Positions 9,906-17,180 of a stretch of 64,000 bases of DNA are shown piece by piece (position 1 is the stretch's first letter; each line of letters starts with the position of its first letter). The stretch is from Candidatus Tayloriibacteriota bacterium. GTDB taxonomy: Bacteria; Patescibacteriota; Minisyncoccia; Phycocordibacterales; PALSA-1337. A program made the translations under genes and the position numbers. The stretch covers positions 1,926 through 65,925 of the forward strand of contig CALRBR010000003.1 of the NCBI GenBank assembly GCA_943354385.1, in the 5' to 3' direction. The notes beneath the pieces were generated by a model. The model made no database searches and had not been told where the DNA came from. It saw only the letters and a program-made list of their open reading frames with translations.

Positions 9906-10895
9906 ATGGCGAAAAAGAAACTCTCACAAAAGAATCCGGTAGTCATCTACCAAGCAAAATCTGGGGCTATCGAGCTTCGGGGCGATTTTGGCAAGGAGAC
10001 GATTTGGGCGACCCTTGATCAGATTGCTGAAGTTTTTGGGCGTGATAAATCTGTCATTTCTCGTCACTTTAAAAATATCTATGCTGAGGGGGAGCTGGAT
10101 GAAAAGGCAACTGTTGCAAAAAATGCAACAGTTCAAAAAGAGGGTACTCGTACAGTTGAGCGTATTATTGAATACTATAATCTCGACGCGATTATTTCTG
10201 TCGGGTATCGAGTTAATTCGAGTACCGCTACGAAATTTCGTCAGTGGGCCACCAAGACCCTCCGGAGTTACATCATCGACGGCTTTGCCATCAATCGCTC
10301 ACGTATCGCCAAAAATCACGAGCACTTTCTAAGTGTCGTTGAGGATCTCAAGAAATTATTACCGACCACTTCGGCGATTGATCCAAAAGATGCTATCGAG
10401 CTCATCTCATTGTTTGCCGACACCTGGCTGTCTCTCGATGCCTACGATCGAGAGCTGTTGCCAAAAGGGAAGCTTACTAAAAAGAAAGTCTCCATCACCC
10501 CAGAACAGATTGCAAAAGACTTGGCGACACTCCGGAAGACTCTGATCGAAAAAGGTGAGGCGACCGATGTGTTTGGTAATGAACGAAGCGCAGGGTCTGT
10601 GTCCGGAATCGTGGGAAATGTTCTCCAGGCGTTTGGAGGTAGCGATGTCTACCCAACGATTGAAGAAAAAGCGGCACACCTCTTGTATTTTATGGTTAAA
10701 AATCATCCGTTTACCGACGGCAACAAACGCTCGGGTGCTTTTGCATTTGTCTGGCTCTTAAAACAGGCACGGATTCTCGATATCCGTCGCCTGACCCCTT
10801 CGGCACTTACCGCGCTCACCGTATTGGTGGCAGAAAGTGATCCAAGTCACAAAGATAAGACGGTAAAATTGATTCTTAACATGATTGCAAAGTGA
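9906..10895 (+). CDS. RhuM-family N-terminal domain fused to Fic/Doc (death-on-curing-like) domain protein
   Basis: 329 aa. N-terminal IELRGDFGKETIWATLDQIAEVFGRDKSVISRHF..NSSTATKFRQWATKTL matches the virulence RhuM family. C-terminal HPFTDGNKRSGAFAF matches the Doc-type Fic motif HxFx(D/N)GNKR. Confidence 0.85.
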   Translation: MAKKKLSQKNPVVIYQAKSGAIELRGDFGKETIWATLDQIAEVFGRDKSVISRHFKNIYAEGELDEKATVAKNATVQKEGTRTVERIIEYYNLDAIISVGYRVNSSTATKFRQWATKTLRSYIIDGFAINRSRIAKNHEHFLSVVEDLKKLLPTTSAIDPKDAIELISLFADTWLSLDAYDRELLPKGKLTKKKVSITPEQIAKDLATLRKTLIEKGEATDVFGNERSAGSVSGIVGNVLQAFGGSDVYPTIEEKAAHLLYFMVKNHPFTDGNKRSGAFAFVWLLKQARILDIRRLTPSALTALTVLVAESDPSHKDKTVKLILNMIAK

Positions 10896-10937
10896 TAATG
10901 CTTTGAGGGGCTACCATACAGGACCCAAACCCCCTTC

Positions 10938-10976
10938 AACGGCTCAGTCCTTTTGGCTACAAAGGACTGAGCCGTT
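10938..10976. repeat. AACGGCT-stem palindromic hairpin (AACGGCTCAGTCCTTT-tggctac-AAAGGACTGAGCCGTT)
   Basis: 16-bp perfect stem 3' of the RhuM/Doc gene. Shares the AACGGCTCAGT...ACTGAGCCGTT base with the hairpin at 14472. Confidence 0.6.
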
Positions 10977-11125
10977 AAACCCATACAGCCCTTGTTTTGC
11001 AACGTTTTTCGCCCAGAGGTTATCCAATCGACAAAGAAAATGGTAGACTAAATCTGACTCTTTCGACTTTGGAAAAGATAGCTAGATTGCTCATAATTTA
11101 GAACAGTGAGTCGATGTGAAAAAAT

Positions 11126-11473
11126 ATGAAAGATATAAAAGATTTAACAAAAAGAATAATTGCTTTCCGCGATGCACGGGACTGGAAACAATTTCATAAT
11201 CCAAAAGATGTTGCTTTGTCTTTAGTACTAGAGGCTACTGAGGTGATGGAACATTTTCAATGGAAGAGTAAAGAAGAGATGGAAAAGTATATCGTGACCA
11301 ATAAAGTTGACATAGGTGAAGAACTTGCAGATGTTTTGTATTGGGTACTTTTGATGAGTACAGATCTTAAAATTGATGTTCTCGATGCGCTCGAGAAGAA
11401 GATTTCAAAAAACGAAGAAAAATATCCGGTCGAAAAAGCGAAGGGTAGGCATACAAAATATAATAAACTATAA
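11126..11473 (+). CDS. MazG-like nucleoside triphosphate pyrophosphohydrolase (small all-alpha MazG/NTP-PPase domain)
   Basis: 115 aa. EATEVMEHFQW..EELADVLYWVLLMS matches the EExxE/D metal-binding helices of the MazG family. The stop (11471-11473) abuts the ATG of the next gene (11475). Confidence 0.8.
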   Translation: MKDIKDLTKRIIAFRDARDWKQFHNPKDVALSLVLEATEVMEHFQWKSKEEMEKYIVTNKVDIGEELADVLYWVLLMSTDLKIDVLDALEKKISKNEEKYPVEKAKGRHTKYNKL

Positions 11474-11474
11474 A

Positions 11475-13499
11475 ATGTCAGACATAGCCACCTTTTCATT
11501 TAATGCAACTGGGGTAGAAAAAATACGTAATTATAAATATGGCAGTGATTGGCCGGTTGTTTACTTGATAGAAAATGGGAAAGAACTATATGTTGGAGAA
11601 ACAATCAGAGCGTATGGTAGAACAAAACAGCATTTAGAAAACGAAGCCAGAAAACATTTAAAGATGATTCATGTTATTTCTGACGACGAATTTAATAAAT
11701 CCGCAACTCTGGATACAGAATCTTCACTAATTGAGTATTTGGTCGCAGACGGTAAATATATTCTTCAGAATGGAAATGGAGGTTTACAAAACCATGATTA
11801 TTTTGACCGTGAAAGATACAGGGGTAAATTTGAGTTATTGTGGAAGAAATTGCAGGATTTAAATATTGCCAGTAAAGATTTACTACAGATTCGTAATAGT
11901 GATATTTTTAAATACTCACCGTACAAAACCCTCACGGATGATCAGTATTTAATTGCCTCAAAACTTCTAGAACAGTTTAAGGAGAATAAAATACAGACCT
12001 ATATTATTCATGGAGGTCCTGGTACTGGAAAAACAATTCTTGCCACATTTCTTATTAAGCAATTGATTGAAGCAGGTAAAAAGGATGTTGCTCTTGTTAT
12101 AGCAATGGTCTCTTTGCGAAAGACTTTAAAAAAAGTATTCAGAGATATTCCAGGTTTAAGTCCAAATATGGTGATTGGACCTAATGAGGTTGTAAACCAG
12201 AAATATGACATATTGATTGTTGATGAAACACATCGTTTACACCAGAGAAGAAATATTCCAAATTATGGAACTTTTGACAAAACCAATAGGGCTTTAGGTT
12301 TAGGAAATGAAGGCACAGAACTTGATTGGGTACTTAAATCCGCGAATCAAGTAGTACTTTTTTATGATGAAAAACAATCCGTTAGACCTTCAGATATATC
12401 AATTAACAAAGTTTTAGAATCAAAACCAATCAGTTTTGAACTTAAAACACAGATGCGAGTGAAAGGAGGGGAAAAGTATCTTGAATTTATAGATAAACTT
12501 CTTGAGAATGATGGAAATATTAAGGCTAATTTTTCAGATTATGATTTTAAGATTTGCGATGATCTTGCGGAGATGGTTTCGGATATAAAGAAACAAGATA
12601 AAATTCATTCTTTGTCTCGTTTGGTTGCTGGATATGCTTGGAAATGGATATCCAGAACAAATAATGGAATGCCAGATATTGTAATAGGGGATGTTAAGTT
12701 ATTTTGGAATAGCAAGATTCATGATTGGGTAAATTCCTCAAATGCTATAAATGAAGTGGGCTGTATACATACCATTCAAGGATACGATTTAAACTACGCG
12801 GGAGTAATTATAGGACCTGAAATGCTGTATGATCCAATCACAAAAAAGATTATTGTTGATAAGTCAAAATATCTAGATTCGAATGGTCACAATGGGGTGA
12901 ACGATCCAGAGGAACTTAAGAGGTATATAGTTAATATTTATAAAACACTACTTACACGGGGGATACTTGGAACATATATTTATATTGTTGATGAAAACCT
13001 GAGAAACTATTTCAAGGAAAAATTTGGACAAGAAACTAGTAAAAAAATGGATTTTAAAGAAAATTATAATGAAAGGAAAATAGTTTCTCCTTTCACAATG
13101 GAAATGATCAGAGTTCCTTTGGTTGGCTCTGCGCCGTGTGGAAATCCGCTTCTTGGCGAAGAAAACATTGAGGAATATATTGAAGTAGAAAAAAGCAAAA
13201 TTAAACCTGGCTATAACTATTTTATTCTTCGAGCTACTGGAGACTCGATGAACCTTGTTGGAATAAATGACGGGGATCTGGTGCTCTGTCGCCAGCAATT
13301 AAAGGCTGATACCGGCAACAGGGTTGTTGCTTTATTGGGTGATAATGTAACGATAAAAGAGTACGGTCCCCGCGAGGATGGAGTGCGTCTTCTTTTGCCC
13401 AAGAGCTCAAATAAGGATCATATGCCCATAACCCCAGGCGAAGGAGATAGTGTGCAAGGTATTGTACAGGAGGTGCTTAAAGGAGTAGACGAAGAATAA
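11475..13499 (+). CDS. GIY-YIG nuclease + DUF2075-type P-loop ATPase (SF1-helicase-related, Nhi-like) + C-terminal LexA/UmuD-like S24 peptidase domain fusion protein
   Basis: 674 aa from the ATG at 11475; the ORF-track N-terminal extension overlaps mazG. GIY-YIG (VVYLIENGKELYVGET..R..E..N). Walker A HGGPGTGKT, Walker B ILIVDETHRL. S24 hallmarks: candidate cleavage site SAPCG/NPLL, nucleophile Ser in GDSM, catalytic Lys in VTIKEY, plus a GINDGDLVL..VVA strand pattern as in LexA. Confidence 0.8.
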   Translation: MSDIATFSFNATGVEKIRNYKYGSDWPVVYLIENGKELYVGETIRAYGRTKQHLENEARKHLKMIHVISDDEFNKSATLDTESSLIEYLVADGKYILQNGNGGLQNHDYFDRERYRGKFELLWKKLQDLNIASKDLLQIRNSDIFKYSPYKTLTDDQYLIASKLLEQFKENKIQTYIIHGGPGTGKTILATFLIKQLIEAGKKDVALVIAMVSLRKTLKKVFRDIPGLSPNMVIGPNEVVNQKYDILIVDETHRLHQRRNIPNYGTFDKTNRALGLGNEGTELDWVLKSANQVVLFYDEKQSVRPSDISINKVLESKPISFELKTQMRVKGGEKYLEFIDKLLENDGNIKANFSDYDFKICDDLAEMVSDIKKQDKIHSLSRLVAGYAWKWISRTNNGMPDIVIGDVKLFWNSKIHDWVNSSNAINEVGCIHTIQGYDLNYAGVIIGPEMLYDPITKKIIVDKSKYLDSNGHNGVNDPEELKRYIVNIYKTLLTRGILGTYIYIVDENLRNYFKEKFGQETSKKMDFKENYNERKIVSPFTMEMIRVPLVGSAPCGNPLLGEENIEEYIEVEKSKIKPGYNYFILRATGDSMNLVGINDGDLVLCRQQLKADTGNRVVALLGDNVTIKEYGPREDGVRLLLPKSSNKDHMPITPGEGDSVQGIVQEVLKGVDEE

Positions 13500-13502
13500 T
13501 TT

Positions 13503-14015
13503 ATGAGTGATAATCAATTTTCAAAATTAAACGACGAGGAACTGTGGCTTCAATATGCCGATACCGAACTAGAATTAAAAAATAGAGGTTTGGTGCGTAC
13601 TAGAAATATCGTTGGTGAGCGTGGAGAATTTCTTGCGATTGCAACCTACAATTCAATTGCGGGTATGCCAAATCTTCAAGCTGCACCAGAGGGAACACAA
13701 AATGTTGATGCCATAAGTCGAAAAGGAGAAAGATATAGTATAAAAACAATTTCTGAACCGGGTTCAACAACAGGAGTTTTTTATAATTGCGGTGAAAAAG
13801 ATGATAAAAATATACCTGAAAGAAAGTTTGAGTATGTAATTATTGTTCAACTTTTTAAAAATTATAGACCAAAAAGGATTATTGAATTAAATTGGGAAAT
13901 ATTCTTAAGGTATAAAAAATGGCACTCAACGATGCGTGCATGGAATTTGAGCGTGACTAGAGCCTTATTAGCAGATAGTAAACTTATTTATGAAAATATA
14001 GAGAGCATACCTTAA
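13503..14015 (+). CDS. Hypothetical protein, third gene of the MazG/DUF2075 operon
   Basis: 170 aa. Starts 3 nt after the preceding stop. No confident family. Possible D...E.K-like nuclease signature (NVDAISRKGERYSIK), weak. Confidence 0.6.
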   Translation: MSDNQFSKLNDEELWLQYADTELELKNRGLVRTRNIVGERGEFLAIATYNSIAGMPNLQAAPEGTQNVDAISRKGERYSIKTISEPGSTTGVFYNCGEKDDKNIPERKFEYVIIVQLFKNYRPKRIIELNWEIFLRYKKWHSTMRAWNLSVTRALLADSKLIYENIESIP

Positions 14016-14101
14016 TTGCCAAATGTTGTGTAAGAATTGATTAGCAAGAACCGTTCTTGCTAAGTTGAGTCGGTGGGTTTAGTACAGCGTGACTAAAACC
14101 A

Positions 14102-14440
14102 GTGTTGTGTGATTCCAAAAATGCTATACTTACTCCCATGAACACCACCGCGATTATTCTTTTTGCTGTCGTTATTCTCGGACTTTTGGGTTGGGGCTAT
14201 CGCAATCGGGGGAATATACATTGGTCTCCTGACGAGCGGGGTAAAAATAAAGCGGAACACAAGAAAACAATCATGACCTTGTTCTCGACTGATGGAGCCC
14301 GAATCACCAATGACGATGTACAGAAGCTGGTAAATGTATCAGACGCCACTGCCACCCGCTATCTAGACGAGCTCGAACAAGAAAAACAGATCACGCAGGT
14401 AGGTAGGGAAGGCAAATACGTGTATTACGAAAAAAGGTAA
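14102..14440 (+). CDS. Hypothetical small membrane-anchored protein with C-terminal winged-helix-like segment
   Basis: One TM helix (TTAIILFAVVILGLLGWGY). C-terminal VSDATATRYLDELEQEKQITQVGREGKYVYY resembles a wHTH. The true start may be M at 14138. Confidence 0.5.
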   Translation: MLCDSKNAILTPMNTTAIILFAVVILGLLGWGYRNRGNIHWSPDERGKNKAEHKKTIMTLFSTDGARITNDDVQKLVNVSDATATRYLDELEQEKQITQVGREGKYVYYEKR

Positions 14441-14471
14441 AAATACCCCCCAACCAAGGCCTTGTTTACTT

Positions 14472-14512
14472 CAACGGCTCAGTGGTCTGAATACAGTACC
14501 ACTGAGCCGTTG
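14472..14512. repeat. AACGGCT-stem palindromic hairpin (CAACGGCTCAGTGGT-ctgaatacagt-ACCACTGAGCCGTTG)
   Basis: 15-bp stem. The conserved base AACGGCTCAGT is shared with 10938. The distal stem differs with compensatory changes. Confidence 0.6.
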
Positions 14513-14559
14513 AGGCAGTAAGTAGTGCTCTCTATTTATTTTCTGATATAATATACTGC

Positions 14560-15267
14560 ATGACTAAAATATATATTTCAGCTACTTTGGTAGCTTTGGT
14601 GCTTGTGGGTGTAGGGTGGTTTGTATTAGAAAAAGGTAATAAGGCTGAACGGTCTGGTACGAGTGCTAGTGCAAATACCCTGACCACAGCCAAAACCACA
14701 AATACTCCAGAGGCAAGCACAAATAAACCGACTCCAGAAACAGTAAGCGAAACGAAACCAAGTAACACAACCACTAACTCCGTCAAAAAAATCATGAATG
14801 CTACATTTAAAACAAATAAAGGGGATATCACGATCGAATTTAATGAAAAAGGGACACCAAATACTGTCGCCAATTTCATCAAACTTGCTCAAGCAAAATT
14901 TTATGATGGCGTGAAATTCCATCGAGTGATCAAAGGCTTTATGATCCAAGGTGGAGACCCGCTGAGCAAGGATGATTCGCAGGCAGCACGATGGGGGACT
15001 GGCGGTCCAGGCTATACTTTTGCCGATGAGATCAATCCTGAAAATAAAAATGATGCAGGTACTATTTCCATGGCCAATGCTGGTGCAAATACAAACGGTA
15101 GTCAATTTTTTATTAACGTAAATAACAATAATTTTCTTGACCCAAAGCACACCGTATTTGGTCGTGTAGTAAAAGGCCTCGAGGTGGTAAAGGCTATTGA
15201 AAATACTCCCACATCATCTGAACGGCCGATTGATCCGGTGATTATCGAGAGTATTGTGCTTCAGTAG
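14560..15267 (+). CDS. Cyclophilin-type peptidyl-prolyl cis-trans isomerase, membrane-anchored
   Basis: 235 aa. N-terminal TM helix plus Thr/Asn-rich linker. Cyclophilin core FHRVIKGFMIQGGDP..GTISMANAG.NTNGSQFFI. Confidence 0.85.
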   Translation: MTKIYISATLVALVLVGVGWFVLEKGNKAERSGTSASANTLTTAKTTNTPEASTNKPTPETVSETKPSNTTTNSVKKIMNATFKTNKGDITIEFNEKGTPNTVANFIKLAQAKFYDGVKFHRVIKGFMIQGGDPLSKDDSQAARWGTGGPGYTFADEINPENKNDAGTISMANAGANTNGSQFFINVNNNNFLDPKHTVFGRVVKGLEVVKAIENTPTSSERPIDPVIIESIVLQ

Positions 15268-15280
15268 TATAGGCAAAACA

Positions 15281-16594
15281 ATGGTAAAAGCCCTCCTCAA
15301 AAAAATCATCCCGAAACAGCTCTTTTCAGCCTACTATTATGGTCTCGCGATAGGCTCTGCGATGTATTATGGAAAGCCGTCGGAAAAAATGATAGTGATC
15401 GGTGTCACAGGTACTAAGGGTAAGACATCTACCTGCAATTTTATTTGGGCTGGACTGAGTGAAAAATATAAAGTGGGTATGATCACTAGCGCCAATATTC
15501 GTATCGGCGATGATGAGGAGCTCAATGCCTACCACATGACTATGCCTGGTCGCGCGACTATTCAGCGACTAATGAAAAAAATGATGGATGCTGGTTGTCA
15601 GTATTGTGTGATAGAAACCACCTCTGAGGGCATTAAACAATTCCGGCACAAAGGTATTGCGTACGACACTCTAGTCTTTACCAACCTCACTCCTGAGCAT
15701 CTCCCTTCACATGGCGGAAGTTTTGAAAATTATAAACAAGCTAAAGGTACTATTTTTAAGGAGCTGTCACAGAGACCGAAAAAAGTGATCGATGGAAAGG
15801 AAATTCCGACGACGGTTATAGTAAATGCCGACAGCGAACACAAAGACTATTTCCTAAGTTTCCCTGCGGACAGTAAATTGACATATAGTATCGTCAATCC
15901 ATCTGACTTTCAGGTCAAAGGCTCTATACACACCCCTCTTGGCCCCCAATTTACCCTAGGAGACGCGAGCTATCATCTCTCGATACTTGGCACATTTAAT
16001 ATATATAATGCCTTGCCGGCGATTATAATCGCAGAGAAAGCGGGAATTATCCCCGCCGATATTCAGGCGGGGCTAGAAAGGCTGACCCTTATTCCTGGTA
16101 GAATGGAGCAGATTAAAGAAGGACAAAACTTTTCAGTGATTGTCGACTATGCGCACGAAAAAGAAAGTATGGGGGCGCTTCTCGCTACGGCAAAGTCGAT
16201 GCGACCGGCAGGCAAAAAGATTATCGTAGTACTCGGTGCTGAAGGTGGTGGACGAGATAAAGCAAAGAGGCCAGCCATGGGACAGATCGTAGGCAAAGAA
16301 GCTGACTATGTAGTAGTCAGTGATGTAGATCCATACGAGGATGATCCAAAGCAAATCGCTGAGGATATTGCCGTAGTGGCAGAAAAAATGGGTAAGGTTC
16401 GTGAGCAAAATTTATTCACTATTTTGGATAGAAAAGAGGGGATTGCAAAAGCACTTTCTCTAGCAAAAACGGGAGATATTGTACTCATCACTGGCAAGGG
16501 TGCTGAGCAGTCGATGTATACCAATTCAGGCAAGATAGCTTGGGATGATCGGACGGTTGTGAAAGAGTTGTTAAGAAATAAAATACAAAACTAA
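15281..16594 (+). CDS. Mur ligase family protein (MurE/MurF-like UDP-N-acetylmuramoyl peptide ligase)
   Basis: P-loop VIGVTGTKGKTSTC. Mur ligase middle and C-terminal domains (DYAHEKESM, LITGKG). The ORF-track start at 15254 overlaps the cyclophilin stop, so the ATG at 15281 is preferred. Confidence 0.8.
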   Translation: MVKALLKKIIPKQLFSAYYYGLAIGSAMYYGKPSEKMIVIGVTGTKGKTSTCNFIWAGLSEKYKVGMITSANIRIGDDEELNAYHMTMPGRATIQRLMKKMMDAGCQYCVIETTSEGIKQFRHKGIAYDTLVFTNLTPEHLPSHGGSFENYKQAKGTIFKELSQRPKKVIDGKEIPTTVIVNADSEHKDYFLSFPADSKLTYSIVNPSDFQVKGSIHTPLGPQFTLGDASYHLSILGTFNIYNALPAIIIAEKAGIIPADIQAGLERLTLIPGRMEQIKEGQNFSVIVDYAHEKESMGALLATAKSMRPAGKKIIVVLGAEGGGRDKAKRPAMGQIVGKEADYVVVSDVDPYEDDPKQIAEDIAVVAEKMGKVREQNLFTILDRKEGIAKALSLAKTGDIVLITGKGAEQSMYTNSGKIAWDDRTVVKELLRNKIQN

Positions 16595-16618
16595 AACCGC
16601 CCTTGAGGCGGTTTTAGT
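16593..16618. terminator. Bidirectional rho-independent terminator (AAAACCGCC-cttga-GGCGGTTTT)
   Basis: Lies between the convergent Mur ligase (+) and DUF4383-like (-) genes. A/U tracts on both sides. Confidence 0.7.
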
Positions 16619-16651
16619 TTGAACATTCAGAACATTAATACTACCGTATAT

Positions 16652-17029
16652 CTACGCCATTGGTGCAACCTCTTTCTTCCCTGCCGCCACACCGAGCCAG
16701 AGAATGACTACTCCGAGCACTACATGGAGCCAGTTGTCTGCCATATTTACTTCAATCAATCCGAGGAGGGGACCGGTTACTGCAAATCCAAGTACTGCAA
16801 CAAGTAGGTATACTACGCCAATTACCTTGAGAGCGAGTGCAGCTTTGTCTACTGCAAACCATGCAACTGCGAGGAGTACGAGACCAATGACGAGATGTAC
16901 TACATCATGAGCTGTATTTGTATGGAACAATGCTCCTTCACCAGCACCGATAATAGGAGTACCTATCATACCGAGCACAGCTACTAAAACAAACACGATA
17001 CCAAACACTAAGCTTATTGTTTTTGCCAT
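16652..17029 (-). CDS. Small integral membrane protein, DUF4383-like (duplicated AHDxxHLxxG motif)
   Basis: 125 aa with 4 TM helices. Internal repeat NTAHDVVHLVIGLV / NMADNWLHVVLGVV. GC content is higher than that of its neighbours. Confidence 0.6.
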   Translation of the reverse strand: MAKTISLVFGIVFVLVAVLGMIGTPIIGAGEGALFHTNTAHDVVHLVIGLVLLAVAWFAVDKAALALKVIGVVYLLVAVLGFAVTGPLLGLIEVNMADNWLHVVLGVVILWLGVAAGKKEVAPMA

Positions 17030-17180
17030 ATATTTTATGTATTAATAATGATGAATAATGTTAAAAATTCTTCTATCTTGAATAACGACCTTTCTTAATA
17101 ATTAATTATATACCTCGTTTGCGGTAAAAAACATACCCCCTGTGGATAAACCAATCGACTATCTGCTATAGTATAGGTTA

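Larger units (their letters stand above)
9498..14512 (+). mobile_element. Putative accessory/defence island inserted 3' of tRNA-Ala. No integrase found.
   Basis: The tRNA is followed by toxin-like and defence-like genes (RhuM/Doc fusion, MazG, GIY-YIG-DUF2075-S24, small partners). AACGGCT-stem hairpins delimit the modules. No clear att direct repeat was found. Confidence 0.4.

Noticed and set aside
11373-11474. ORF-track start of the DUF2075 fusion at 11373 (MMFSMRSRRR...)
   Set aside because: It overlaps the 3' end of the mazG-like gene in another frame and is Arg-rich junk. The ATG at 11475 sits 1 nt after the mazG stop and begins a sensible N-terminus (MSDIATFSF).
16652-17029. Elevated GC of the DUF4383-like gene as a third foreign island
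   Set aside because: GC is ~47%, only moderately above background, and can be explained by the Ala/Gly/Val-rich membrane protein composition.
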